Origin: Octopus sinensis
Lineage: Eukaryota
Assembly: GCF_006345805.1 (NCBI RefSeq)
Contig: NC_042997.1
Location: 21,824,001 to 21,888,000 of the forward strand
Direction of reading: 5' to 3'
DNA length: 64,000 bases
Shown: in pieces, positions 25,589-39,873 of the stretch
How the letters are laid out: every line of letters begins with the position of its first letter
Numbering within the stretch: position 1 is the stretch's first letter
The notes under the pieces: model-generated
Seen by the model: only the letters and a program-made list of their open reading frames with translations
Told to the model about the DNA's origin: nothing
The model's database searches: none
Translations under genes and position numbers: made by a program

Positions 25589-25968
25589 GGCGCAGGAGTG
25601 GCTGTGTGGTAAGTAGCTTGTCTACCAACCACATGGCTCCGGGTTCAGTCCCACTGCGTAGCACCTTGGGCAAGTGTCTTCTACTATAGCCTCGTGCCGA
25701 CCAAAGCCTTGTGAGTGGATTTGGTAGACGGAAACTGAAAGAAGCCCGTCGTATATATATATGCGTATGTGTGTTTGTGTGTCTGTATTTGTCCCCTAGC
25801 ATTGCTTGACAACCGATGCTGGTGTGTTTATGTCCCCGTTACTTAGCGGTTCGATAAAAGATACCGATAGAATAAGTACTGGGCTTACAAAAGAATAAGT
25901 CCCGATTAAAGGCGGTGCTCCAGCATGGCCGCAGTCAAATGACTGAAACAAGTAAAAGAGTAAAATAG
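25589..25968 (+). mobile_element. SINE family 1
   Basis: GGCGCAGGAGTGGCTGTGTGG head through tail, with a small deletion in the tail region. Confidence 0.9.
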
Positions 25969-25994
25969 TATATATATATGAATATATATCTGTG

Positions 25995-26033
<39 letters not shown>

Positions 26034-27139
26034 CTGGGACTGTTCTTTGCATGTGCGTTGAAGAAGCACAATTATAGGCTTCGGTATTCCTGTACTATAT
26101 AAATACGTACACGCTAGTAAAATGTACTAAAGTATGTTTAAGGAAGATTAAATTATATCGTCTTGACAGAAATGGGGGAAATGCCAGATCGAATCAATCT
26201 TTTCTGTATAGTCCATTAGAATTTATAGCTTAAAAGTTGACTGAAAATTGATCAGTGAAAATCGAATGTTGAATCTTATCTGAATATAAACTAGCAAGAA
26301 GGAAATATATATTTAGCCATACCATTGTAATATATTTATTTATAGTTTCTAGTTTAGACAAATATTATGAGAGGATGTAATTTTTGTATTTACAAGAAAG
26401 AAATGACATAAATTATGTATGTCTTGTCTCCTTGTACAAAATGTTTCTTCGTACAAGATGAACTGCAGCTAGCGTGAATGACAAAATAGTCAAAGATCAG
26501 ATGTGAGGCATTTTGATCAGAAGAGTGAGAGGGAGAAAGAGAGAGAGGGGGGGGGAGAGTCTCAGTGTCTGTATGTGTGTGTGTGTGGGGGGGGTGCTGT
26601 CTGGGTATTTGGGTATTTGCAAGTATGTTGCGTGTTACACATCCCGATGATTGCTTTTGTATGCATGTCGGTTAGAGGGAAAGTGGGAGAAAAGAAGAAA
26701 TGTTGTGTATGTTTATGAGTGTATTTACGAATGTATTCATGTGTATGTTTGTTGGGGGGGGGGGGGGCGGAGTATACGTCTGCGATTTTGCAATGCTTTT
26801 ACAATGTGAAAGATAAAGCGAGAGAGATTAAGAGAAAGACAGACTAAGGAACTTTCTGCGTATGATGTGGGTTGTCTGTTGATCTTCCACATCTCCAATG
26901 CTTTTTCACGTGCATAAGAAAGAGAGAAAGAGAGCGGGACAGACAGGCAGACGGGGAGATAAAGAGAGAGAAGGGGAGAGGGGAGAGAGAGAAATTGCGC
27001 ATGGGTACGTAGATATATGAATCTGGGAGTGTCTGTACAGGTGTTTGTATGTATGCGCCAGCTGTATTCAATTACCTCTGGGGGAAAAAATCGGTTATAT
27101 GTTAACTATTTTAGACCACTCCAGCTCTCTCTCTCTTGT

Positions 27140-27200
27140 TTGTATATATGTGTATGTATGCATGTATGTATGTATGTATATATGTATGTATGCATGTATG

Positions 27201-27232
<32 letters not shown>

Positions 27233-27296
27233 TGTATGCATGTATGTATGTATGCATGTATGTATGTATGTATGTATGTATGTATATGTATGTATG

Positions 27297-27328
<32 letters not shown>

Positions 27329-27350
27329 TGTATGTATGTATGTATGTATA
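27140..27350. repeat. (TATG)n microsatellite (similar tracts at 13808-14005 and 14450-14520)
   Basis: Seen directly. Confidence 0.95.
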
Positions 27351-27766
27351 CGTGTTTCTTTTATTTTTAATTATTTAAATTTTAAGGAGGAAGTCCCACT
27401 ATTTAAATTAAATAACACAAACTATATATGTTATGAATTGAAATTTAGACAAGTCTTACACAATTTTTACTACATGTAAGGTGGTGACCTTCTTTGTCTG
27501 AAAACTCTAACATTCGACTTAAATTTTTACTAATATAGATAAATGCACCAATAGCTATGGGTATAATAGCGAATTTATTGATCAGAGACACGGCAAGTTT
27601 TAAAGCATTTGTCCAAAAATATTCACCTTCTCGCTGACTTTGGGTGAAATGTTCGCATCTGCAGGGCAGCTGACTTCAATAATTGCATCTGACTTTGATT
27701 TCCCAAAGAACTACATGTCTTGTTATTTTTGCTCTTGGTGTAAGTTTTTATGGAAATATTCTCGTT

Positions 27767-27798
<32 letters not shown>

Positions 27799-27859
27799 TG
27801 TATGTATGTATGTATGTATGTATGTATTATGTAATTTATAACTGAGACTTTGTATTATC

Positions 27860-28500
27860 CCACGGAAGTCTTTTCTATGGCTGACATTGGAGACTGTTTT
27901 AGCAATAAAGTCATTTCACATTTGAATGCCGAAACAGGACTTTTGGTGCCAGCTGCTGGTCTCGTGTGTAATATCTTCCACAGAAACGAGACATAATGGA
28001 CATTTCCAGTTGTACCTTAGTGATTTAAGAGTTCCATAGTGCTTCTTAAGGAGTTCACTGTAGACCTGGCGGCCATTGTTCACTTCACACGAGAGCAATT
28101 CGTTGTTTTGCAACAGTTGTTTAAGTGATGCTATGTGGCACTTAGAGGCTGTCAATACGTTTATCCTAAGCTTCTTTCTCCCCTTGTTCTTCTGACATAG
28201 AGTCTATCGATAGCATAGTTTTTGTGGGCGCTTGCAGTTGATGTAAGTATCTTGTGTAATTTAATCTTCTTTCTATGTATACTTGTCAAGTATCCCATAT
28301 GCAGATACTGTAATTTCATTGTGAAGTGTCATTACGTTGTAAGAGGAAAACTCAGACTGCCAGATTGCCATTATGTATTTTTTTGTTCACTTTCAGGGAT
28401 ATAATTTTCTTTGGTCATTCTATCTTTGTACAGAGCACCGTGATATCTTTTCAGCTATAAGTTAGCTTTTTATAACACTTATCGTGTAGTACAAGGAAGA
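27860..28500 (-). pseudogene. Decayed R4/Dong-like LINE (post-RT region and zinc knuckle)
   Basis: KDRMTKENY, AYGILD, IDRLYVRRTRGERSLG, KCPLCLVSVEDITHE; frameshifted. Confidence 0.7.
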
Positions 28501-29451
28501 TAGAGATTAAGTATTTATGGATGGATGGAGGTTTTATTTTTCAATTTTTTATCAATAAGGATCCTATTTCTAGTCCAGAGCCAAGCCCTTTTCAGGATAA
28601 TTGAAGCAACATCTAGAAGGTCATGTATACGTGTATGTATAAATGTTTCTTTTACTGCAATTAATTTAGAGTTAATTTTGACCAAGCACCTGCTTAGTGA
28701 CTAGGTTTTGAAGGAAAACATCTTGTTTCGTTTATCATCCTTTACATCTTAAGGAAATCTCCTATGTATCATGATCGTTCGTAGCGTATGAATTAGAGAG
28801 TTGCATTCTTTCTGCAAGAACCCAAGTTCAGACATACTTTGCTCCATATATGTTGGTGTGTACCTTGTTGTCCAATATGAATAGGTATAAAACATCTTGA
28901 GTACTGGAGTTGCGAACTTCTCACCAATGGTACATAAATTTTTTCCTTCTCCTGTATTTTTCTGAACACTCTGGTGATCATAGAGCAGTTGATTTTCATA
29001 TCAGAGCATATATAAGCAATTACGTACGCATGTATCTACGGATGTTATGTTAAGTATGCATGTATGTATTTATATTTGTATATTTGTACGGATGTATATA
29101 CGTATCTATGTATGTATATGCAAACGTGTGGCATGCTTGCAAGCATGAATGTAATTGATTGCACCTTGTGGAACCCGCATGTTCTGGTCTATGCATATAT
29201 ACACATATACATATGTTTGTAACACTACTCATGTGTAATGAGCACTAATTACAGGCTAAATTTTCACAGTTCCATTAATCGCTGGCAGTTGTAATTTTTA
29301 ATAATTAATGGTTTTCGTTCATGTTTTCTGAAGCCCGGATTTTCAAGACAGGTAGTGAGGCTACATATTTCAGTTTTCCAATATATACAAGTATGAACGT
29401 TTCTATGTAATTTATATATATAATATATATATATATATATTATATATATAT

Positions 29452-29485
<34 letters not shown>

Positions 29486-29490
29486 AATAC

Positions 29491-29525
<35 letters not shown>

Positions 29526-30139
29526 TATATATGTAAGTATATATATATATATAATGTACATGGGGTTGGAGTGTCTGCAGATTTCATATTAGAGATGCAT
29601 ATATGTTTTCTTTATGAGTTTTCATTAACATAAGGTTAACATCTGCTGCGCAGCTGCATTCCACTGCTGTGCGCATTTAGCATGCACATATGTAAGCTTG
29701 CGCCTATGCATTTATGCATGAATGGATGGATGGATTGATGGATGGATGTATATTTGTATTTAACAGAAATCCATGCGACGTATATGCAACTATAAACATT
29801 CACACAAATACACACAATTATAGAGGCGCACTATTGCATACACACACACAAACTTACACACACTCACACACACAAACACACGAATGTGGGTATAGAGTGA
29901 TTTGCATAGATGCTATATATCTTACAACTTTTGTATGTGTATGGGCTTGTGTATGATTGCATGTACATACTATAAATATGTATAAATATACGTGTTTTTT
30001 TCTTCTTTTCACCACCATTCCTCCTTTTTTGTGATGAAGGTTCAGTGTCCGAAGCATAAGAGCTCCTTTTCCTCTCATTTTACGTCTTATAATAATAACA
30101 CATATGGTATCACGTGTTCCTTTCTTGCTTGTGTAAATA

Positions 30140-30200
<61 letters not shown>

Positions 30201-30471
30201 ATATATATATATATATATACATATATGCAACACACACATGCAAACCTACATACACTACCATGCACGCATACACGCTCACCCACATAGATATGAATAAATA
30301 TTTATATATTATATGTATACATACATATATATGTGTCTGTATATGTGTGTTTGTGCGCGTGCATATGTATTTGTAATTGCACACAATAATAGCAGAAAGT
30401 TGTATATCATTGACAAAAACACTGAACCGAATACTACAGATTTATATATATCTGTGTGTTTGTGTATGCTG

Positions 30472-30524
<53 letters not shown>

Positions 30525-30544
30525 CATGCGCGTGTGTGCGCGCG

Positions 30545-30850
30545 CGTGTACGTGTGCATGTGACCCTCCTGTCGAAGACGGCGAATGAGCATTCAGCTTT
30601 TACCGAACGACCTGCACAGATGATTTGTTTATAGCGATGAAATGTTCGTGCTGCACATGAGCTCACTCTCAACATCATATTAGCATTGTTTAAACAGGGG
30701 TACTGTGTACCACGCATCAAGTGTCGAACTGAACGCAGAGCAACGTGAGATGAAGTCTTTTACTCATGAACACAACGCACCAGCCGGTACAGGAATTGAA
30801 ATCACGACCGTTAAATCGTGTGTGCAACACCAATAAACCATGCGTCCTTA
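30545..30850 (-). mobile_element. SINE family 3 (tRNA-like head, CORE/V-like motif); a diverged plus copy at ~20060-20330
   Basis: The plus copy has GCGTTGTGTTCTTGAGCAAAACACTT...CACGTTGCTC; the minus copy has the reverse complement GAGCAACGTGAGATGAAGTC...GAACACAACGC. Confidence 0.6.
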
Positions 30851-31032
30851 CTATATATATAATCTGGATATTCTACTAGTGTAGATGCAAGCGCTAATAA
30901 ATGATTTATAATATATGATTTATAAAAACATGTCATATATTAATAAAAATATGTAAATATAAAACCATCTAAATTTCTGAGTACCTTATTTCTTCTAATA
31001 TATAATACCTGTACATCACCTCCAAACCTTCT

Positions 31033-31134
<102 letters not shown>

Positions 31135-31188
31135 TATAATATATATATATATATATAATATATATAATATATATATAATATATATATG

Positions 31189-31222
<34 letters not shown>

Positions 31223-31507
31223 TACATATATCTTTTAACTTTGTTTATGAGAAACGTTTTGAATAATTCGCTTAACCTTCATATTGGTAAAAAAGGATAA
31301 ACATCCCTCTGTTGCATATCCATTAATATGATATCGCCTGAATAAATAAATCCATGAAGATGATCAACCCGATGCCCTCAGATACAATGAACTACACTGT
31401 AATCATCCCAGGAATACGGACTGCGATCTTAAGAGACATGTGATTTGCGAAAACGTGCAATGTATAATCTAATTATGGCCAGTTCTTTCGCCTCTCATGA
31501 ACATTGT

Positions 31508-31557
<50 letters not shown>

Positions 31558-31796
31558 ATTCGAAATCGCTTGTATTCAACGGCTATACTTATTAAATACT
31601 CATGTAAAGACTCAAGTACATTCACATTAATCATGACAACTCATCTTTTCGGACGACTATGATGTTCAGTTGTTTCCGTAAGTCTTCGAGAAAGAATGAG
31701 AGAATATGCGCGCGTGTGTGTGTATATATAGGTGTGTGTGTTTGTGTATTTTTGCGTATGAGATAGAGAAAGTGTGATAGATAGATGGAGAGAGAA

Positions 31797-31842
<46 letters not shown>

Positions 31843-32490
31843 GGAGAGGGAGAGGAGATAGCGGTAAAGAACAGAAGTGGTACAGAACAAGAAATGAATG
31901 AGAGAAAATGGTGTAGCTAATGACAGAGATTTTGGAAAAATAGTACAGGATGATATTGACTATAAAGTAGTGTGTGATGTTAATAAATTGAATTTGTCTC
32001 ATATTTCTCTATTAATGCTTCTTTATGTATACAATGATTTCTATAATCTGATTGTTTGAACATACTAACAATTTGAACTGTAACTGTTAGTAATGAAACA
32101 GAAGTTACAGATTCACTGGTTATTAAGTTGTAATTTGATTTCCCCCACCTCAGCCGCGAACGAACATTTATGTCCAAGCTTTCGTTTTTCTCCTATTTTT
32201 GAAGTTTCCAGCTTATGACTATCATTGAAACCACTAAACTTGTAATTCTAACTGAATTTTAACAGTATCAAATTACCTAATTATACCTCTAGAGTACACA
32301 AGCCAATATGAAAGAATAGAATCGCCGCATGATCATTCGAATTGCTACAAATAACAGCAGTATCTCCCTCAAGTTATACCTTAATGTCATAATAAAGAGG
32401 ACTCATTAAATAATTTAGTCCCGTATATCATTTGAGCATTAATCTACACCAATCAGGATTGAATCAACAAGATTCTTCCTCTAGTTCCCG

Positions 32491-32524
<34 letters not shown>

Positions 32525-33384
32525 CCACCCTCTCTCTCTCTCTCTTCTTCTTCTTCTTCTTCTTCTCTTCTTCTTCTTCTTCTTCTTCTTCTCTTCTTCT
32601 TCTTCTTCTTCTTCTTCTTCTTCTTCTTCTCTTCTTCTTTTTCTGACACATACACACATGCACATTCTTTTTGTCACATGTCTTTATCACAATACAACTT
32701 TGTTTCTCTCGCTCCGTTTCTCATATCTGCAAGGTAAGCGAGCAACTAATGTGGAAGGCCATATATTTAGTTGCTGACATGCTTCATATAGTAACCAATT
32801 CCTTCTTATATTCCCTCCACCGTATTTAAAGAAAAGGTTGGAATCCATTGAATAACATATGCATTGTCAGCACAAAAATAAGCTCGATCAATTTTAAAAC
32901 GTCTTTACCTAAAAATAAGAGAAAAAAACTTGACCACCCACCAATCCGAGTCGTAATTAAAGCTGTTTACGCGTAACTTTTGATTTTAAACATTAAAAAT
33001 TTTCTTACACAATTCTATTCAAAAGAATACCAAATGTACACTTCTTGATATTTTAAATACTACATAAAGTTTTTAATTATACAGAACAATTCAAAACTAC
33101 CCTGTTCGTCCATTTTGTATATTTTAATCATGTTCGTCTTAACAAAGATATTGGCCCTTAAGTATAAAAGACGAAGTATCGTTTTGTTTATTTCTTCATG
33201 AAATTCCATGTGCAACTTTGTAAAATATATTTTCGTTCTAGGCACGTTATATCTGAAAAGATGTCAAGAATATTAATCACAGCGTCCCTATTCACCTAGG
33301 GACAGACAACAACCACATCTAACTATTTCATAATATCTGGTGTTCAGTAGAAATACCTCTATGTATTAATGTCTTTTTTTTTTT

Positions 33385-33590
33385 TTTGTTTCAGTCATTG
33401 GACCGCGGCCGAGCTGGGGCACCATTTCAAAGGCTTTAGTGGAACAAATCGATCTCAGGATTTATGTTTTAAAGTCTGGTATTTATCCTATCGTTTTCTT
33501 TTGCCGAACCGCTAAATTACGAGAACGTAAACAAATCAATACTGGCCGTCAACTGGTGTCATACACAAAGACAAACAGTCGCACACACAT

Positions 33591-33624
<34 letters not shown>

Positions 33625-33675
33625 TACATACATACATACAGACAGACCGGCAGGCAGACAGACAGATAGACAGAC

Positions 33676-33743
<68 letters not shown>

Positions 33744-33768
33744 GAATGGATGGATGGATTGATGGATG

Positions 33769-33830
<62 letters not shown>

Positions 33831-33837
33831 AAGGTAA

Positions 33838-33897
<60 letters not shown>

Positions 33898-34015
33898 GTT
33901 CTTTGGCTTCTACTAAGCATTGGTCGACCAAGAGCTATAGATGATGCTTGCCCATGGGGAATGAACCTGAAACCGCACAGTTGACACGTGGGATTCTTAA
34001 CACACAGTCATGCCC
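33385..34015 (-). mobile_element. Diverged SINE family 1 with a greatly expanded internal (CA)n/(GATA)n tract
   Basis: Tail half 33385-33560, head remnants 33900-34015. Confidence 0.6.
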
Positions 34016-34044
34016 ATGTCTTTATGTGTGTGTGTATGTATGTA

Positions 34045-34076
<32 letters not shown>

Positions 34077-34467
34077 TGTAATTTGTGATTATGTGCTTTT
34101 GTGTATTTTCATTTTCAGTTCAGTAATTACGTTAATTTCGAACATTCCTAAAAAGATACGAAGTTTGGAATTTGGGCAGAGAGTATAGTGGATCATATCC
34201 TTACCTGCAGTACTTAAAGAGCATTTATTTTAACTACCCAATGAAAATGAAAGCCAAATTCTAAAATCAGAGCAATATATTTCAACTGTTAGAATATAGT
34301 ATTCTTTGTTCATAACCCACAGATTTCACTCCACGAAAATTCTTCTCTTGAACCACTGTCTATCTATATAAACGAACAACAGTACACTTATAATCGCTTA
34401 TTCCTGAAAAATCAGTTGAATGATAAATAATAAACTGATTCTCAATTTATTTTTAAAATTAATTTCA

Positions 34468-35705
34468 GGCGTAGGAGTGGCTGTGTGGTAAGTAGCTTGC
34501 TTACCAACCACACGGTTCCGGGTTCACCTTGGGCAATTGTCTTCTACTATAGCCTCGGAGCGACCAAAGCCTTGTGAGTGGTAGACGGAAACTGAAATAA
34601 GCCCGTCGTATATATGTATATGTATATAGAAAAACAGGATGCAAAGGATTTAGCGGTACATATGTTTCTGGCTTTATTGGACAGTTTATATCAATGCATA
34701 ATTGACGTAACATGTATGTCAATAGCCTTCTTCAGCCGCGCACAATTACCACACCAAAGACATGTATTACATTATAGCAGGTTTGAGAAGTTTGGGAAAA
34801 AGACGAGTTTCATTGGGGATGCAAATCCTCATAGTCGTATACAGCAGAGCGAGACACCAAAGCAAAACGTCCATACCGTTTTTCACTCGATATAGAATGA
34901 GGAGGTTGGATGTTGAGATAAAGAGAGAAGGAGTGGAAGGGGGTGAATCTTTAATAAGTTTGGGATCATAAAGAGGAAAAATAGTAAGTGCAAAATGTAA
35001 GGGTAAAAATGTAAAAAAAGTAAGAGTAAAAAAATAAGTATATAAGTATATAAAGATACAAAGGATGTCCGCTTCTTTATCTTTATTTATTTATATTTCC
35101 ATGTTATTTTTCACGTCTACACTGTCACAATACAGCTCTAGAAGTTTAGACCAGACATACGACATCCTTTGTATCTTTATATACTTATATACTTATTTTT
35201 TTTTGTTTTGGTGTCTCGCTCTGCTGTATACGACTATGAGGATTTGCATCCCCAACGAAACTCGTCTTTTTCCCAAACTTCTCAAACCTGCTATAATGTA
35301 ATACATGTCTTTGGTGTGGTAATTGTGCGCGGCTGAAGAAGGCTATTGACATACATGTTACATCAATTATGCATTGATATAAACTGTCCAATAAAGCCAG
35401 AAACATATGTACCACTAAATCCTTTGCATCCTGTTTTCTATCACCTACACCACTAACTGGCATATACAGGTGCTTACAGTTATCAAGTAGTCACCCTGAA
35501 TTTTGTGTATATGTATATAGATATATGTATGTGTGTATATGTTAGTGTGTCTGTGTTTGTCCCCCCAACATCGCTTGGCAAAAGAGACCGATAGAATAAG
35601 TACTAGGCTTATAAAGAATAAGTCATGGAGTCGATTTGCTCGATTAAAGGCGGTGCTTCAGCATGACCACAGTTAAATGACTGAAACAAGTAAAGAGTAA
35701 AAGAG
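34468..35705 (+). mobile_element. SINE family 1 split by the 34626-35441 HHR inverted repeat
   Basis: Head 34468-34620, tail ~35520-35705. Confidence 0.8.
34626..35441. mobile_element. Inverted-repeat insertion (~240-bp near-identical arms, ~330-bp spacer) with a hammerhead motif in each arm
   Basis: 34626-34867 is the reverse complement of 35201-35441. Minus 34653-34739 reads GCGG-CTGAAGA-A-GGCTATTGACA...TGTCCAATAAAGCC-A-GAAA-CATATG-TA-CCGC; plus copy at 35329-35415. Confidence 0.85.
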
Positions 35706-36029
35706 TATCCAGTTATGTTATTTTGTTTTCAAAAGTTGAATCAAATGCAAAAATGCGCGATAGTTTGACAGAATCAGACAAAATACATTTTGTTATTTAG
35801 CTATAGCCATTTATGTTGCGCTTTCAAATCCCACCGAGGTCAACGATGCCTTTCGTCCTCCGAAATCGTTAAAATAAATTATCAGTCAAATTCTGAGATC
35901 GATTTAATCTACTGATACGGTCGTTCCTCAAGCTTCTTCAAATATTGAACAACACTTGCTTGTATTGTTTGCAGCTTAAGGTTGTTTAGTGACTATAGCA
36001 TGAATTTCAAATTTTGGCAGAAGTTCAGC

Positions 36030-36215
36030 AATTTAGGGGGGAAAGGTAAGTCGACCACATTGAGCCGCACTGTTCAACTGGTACTTATTTACCGACCCCC
36101 GATAAGAAGAAAGGCAAAGTTGAACTCGGTGGAATTACAACTCAGAACGTGAAGACGGACGAAATGCCGCCAAGCATATTTGACTGCGTAGTAACGATTC
36201 TGCCAACTCACCGTC
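36030..36215 (-). mobile_element. Diverged SINE family 2 (a further remnant at ~35790-35900 on +)
   Basis: Reverse complement of the core and head. Confidence 0.65.
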
Positions 36216-36973
36216 TTCTTAGTGACTAAAATATTAGCAATGAAATTAGGTATTACTAACTTTGAAGTATATATTGATAGGAAATTTCTGCTGAAATCCA
36301 ATAACTGACGAGTTATATACTCTGAATGTCACTGTACACGACGCACAGTCGACAGAAGGAAACAAACACTTGTGTAGATATAATCAACAATACTCCTCCC
36401 CAAAGCATGTGACCTTGTGCTTGATTTAGAAAGCAATAACGTGTTATTTTGCTTTTTATTACATTAAGATGATATTAAATATAGGTTTCTTTCGTTTGAG
36501 TAAATACTGTGATAACTCGATTGAAGTATATCGATAAAGTCACATGATTCTATTTTTAATCATATTTGATTCAAATAATTATTTGTCACTGAAAATGATT
36601 TTATAAAATCAATAATTGCAGTATTCATTTTAGTATTCTGAAAGTGTCTCCAGAAATATTTTTATACCAATAGATTTTCCTAAACTTACATAATTATCAT
36701 ACTGGTTCACATAGTTTAGTAACAATTCAATTTAAGAGCTTTTGATGAATTAAGGGTTCTGTATATTTATAATATTTATAATAACTAGTTTTCTGTATCT
36801 AGTTGTAATATTTATATCTTAACCAAAATAAGCTACACGATATTTGCATCAATTTATTCATTTACTTCTTAAATTCAAGCACGGTCTCCAACTATATTAC
36901 AACTATTATTTTAGGTATATCTATCTACACTCCATTTTCACGAAGCATTATGTTTCAGTAGAAGGAAGGCACA

Positions 36974-37252
36974 TTCTTCTTCTTCTTCTTCTTCTTCTTC
37001 TTCTTCTTCTTCTTCTTCTTCTTCTTCTTCTTCTTCTTCTTCTTCTTCTTCTTCTTCTTCTTCTTCTTTTCTTCTTCTTTTTCTTCTTCTTCTTCTTCTT
37101 CTTCTTCTTCTTCTTCTTTTACTACTACTACTACTACTACTACTACTCGTAATAGTAGTAGTAGTTGTTGTTGTAGTAGTAGCAGCAGCAGCAACAGTAG
37201 TAGTAGTAGTAATAGTAGTAGTAGTAGTGGCAGCAGCAGTAGCAGCAGCAGC
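36974..37252. repeat. Compound (CTT)n-(ACT)n-(AGT)n-(GCA)n tract (similar (CT)n/(CTT)n at 32490-32640)
   Basis: Seen directly. Confidence 0.95.
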
Positions 37253-38575
37253 AATTGAGCTTCGATCGAACAGGCGTATGATGAAAGGCGTACAAACCAT
37301 AATTATTCCGTACTTAAGTTATAATGTATCTAGGATTCCATTATCCTGAACATGCGTATCCCTTTTTCTCTACTCTCTTTAAAAGATTCAAATGTATTCA
37401 AGGCAAATTTTATTAGCATTTTTAGCAGGTCGAACAGCCACGGAAAGATCGATAATCTAGTATTTATCTAAAATGGTTATGAAAATCGGTAGATTTGATT
37501 AAGTATATTTTAATTATCGTTAACCTGTATTTGTTTGAGAATATTTAAATGACTTAGATTTAATTTACTTTCGTTTCTTTTAAAAGGTATATTTGAGCTT
37601 ATTTTTCGTGTGAGGCTTCCTTTTTCAATAATCACAAAAATATTAGGAAAACCTGTAAACGGTCTATTGTGATACCTGTGCTATTATATCTAATATTATC
37701 ACCAAAAGGAATCTGTACCACAAGAAGTTGTGAATACAGTATAAAGAAGATAAAACAAACCCCATAAGTTTACAGTTAACTTATATATATACACTTCAAA
37801 ACCTTGAATTATTGCTGAAATTTTCGAATTTTATGTGTTTTATTTGCAACTTTATATTCAGAAAATTGGAGGTAAGATATCGTGAATAACTCAAAATAGT
37901 CTTTATAATTATCCCACGTTCTCTTAATAAACTTTTGATTTTTGCTATTTTATTTCTTTGCCGTATATACATGATTCTTTTATTATCTGACACTTAGACA
38001 CAGTCTAGAAGGAAAAAAATAGACACATAGAAATATTAAAATACAAAAGGTGAAAGAAGAGAAACAAAAGCGAAATCGTGAGATATTTTATGCAATAGCT
38101 AATGGCAGCTAAATTATAGGTCATGTTTGTCAGTTAAAAGAATAATAGATTGTTAAAATTGACGGTCTGATGAAACCGCCATCTTGTCTAGTTTTGAATT
38201 AACCATTTTATTCTCGTTATCATTGTGATTCTACAAAACTATATTTGTGAATATCTGATTCAACCAACTGATTCTTTTGTAAAATAACATTGTTTCTTTA
38301 TTAGTTTTATTGGTGTTGCTTTTAATGAATTCAGAAAATTTACCCCATTGCACAATGCATCTGATGGTGTTTCCAAACGTTTTCTGCTAAATAAGGAAGT
38401 CTATACGAACCAAAACTTTCGAAACACAGGTCTGCTGCTAATCCTGTGGTTTTTGCTTTTTATTATTAGAAAATTAGTTCCCCGTTCTTGCGAGAAAATC
38501 TATTCTGATGTACCAAATCACTTTAACCCACATCACTATCATTGTCTAATTATCACATGGCACTACGACTAATAA

Positions 38576-38808
38576 GGCGGCGAGCTGGCAGAAACGTTAG
38601 CACGCCGGGCGAAATGCTTAGCGGTATTTCGTCTGCCGCTACGTTCTGAGATCAATTTCCACCGAGGTCGAACTTGCCTGTCATCCTTTTGGGGTCGATT
38701 AAATAAGTACCAGTTACGCACTGGGGTCGATATAATTGACTTAATCCGATTGTCTGTCCTTGTTTGTCCTCTTTGTGTTTAGCCCCTTGTGGGTAGTAAA
38801 GAAATAGG
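38576..38808 (+). mobile_element. SINE family 2 (tRNA-like head, Meta/Sauria-like central domain) with a 17-bp TSD
   Basis: GGCGGCGAGCTGGCAGAAACG...GAGGTCGAACTTGCCTGTCATCC...AAGTACCAG...AAAGAAATAGG. Flanked by GGCACTACGACTAATAA (38559-38575) and GGCATTACGACTAACAA (38807-38823). The domain name is from memory. Confidence 0.85.
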
Positions 38809-39762
38809 CATTACGACTAACAACTTCTATATAAATATTTTCTATTTGAACCAAATCATTTATGTAGTTGTTCTTTTATACCACTATCAAGCACTCAAAC
38901 TGAACATTAGCTGCACTAAGTTTATTCTGTATTCCTACCTGCAAGAGCTAAAACACTAAAAGTCACTCATAAAATGAATCAAATATCGATATGTTGCTAT
39001 TATTGTATATTAATTCTATTTAAAGATTCATCACATAAATATTTACACTTAAACCACAACTGTTATACTAAATAAGCCACAGGGGTAATTCTATGGATGT
39101 TTGAGAATAATGTTACATTTTTAAAAGGTTATATTTTTTAATAATACATGAAAGAATCTACCGAAAAACTCAAGAGCTATTTTAACTGAAGTGATTTTGA
39201 AATACTTTTTAATGTGTTAACTGTACATACAAAAGAACAGCTTCTCAGCAATATCGTTTCACTGTTAACAGAAGAACAGAGTTCTTATTTTGTTTAAGGT
39301 ATGGAGGCAGTGGATTTGTTTAAAACTAAAATAAATAATGCAGCTGCTTACAGATAAACTTCCTTCTAAAATAAGACCACATTAAGAGTGATTTGAACGA
39401 AGCAACAAAGGTAATATAATTGATGATAACCAAAGTTAAATCGACATTAAATCTTTATATATATATTTATATATATATATGTATGTATGTATTGATGGTA
39501 AATCTACTTTAGATTAGGTATTTGTTGAATTTTAATAGTATTTAGAAATAGTTAATTTAGACACTATGAAACGCTATCTTAGATTTATTTCTATTATTGG
39601 TTGAGTTCTTACTTTTAATTCTTTAAATTCCAGTAGTATAATTAATGTATGGGTAGATGAGTAAATGAATATTGGCAGCTGGTTCTCTTACAAAACTAGC
39701 CTGCTCACATACAATTCATTTGGATTCAAGATCGTAATATATCATTTGTACACACACACGCA

Positions 39763-39873
<111 letters not shown>

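Noticed and set aside
35225-35270. CTATGAG...GAAACTCGTC in the 34.6-kb arms as a second HHR
   Set aside because: The core lacks G5, and stems I and II do not pair.
36300-36335. CTGACGAG...CTC and other isolated CTGANGA hits (1872, 14541, 23297, 38167, 42625, 47907, 60507)
   Set aside because: They fail stem or GAAA requirements; chance occurrences or inside LINE/SINE remnants.
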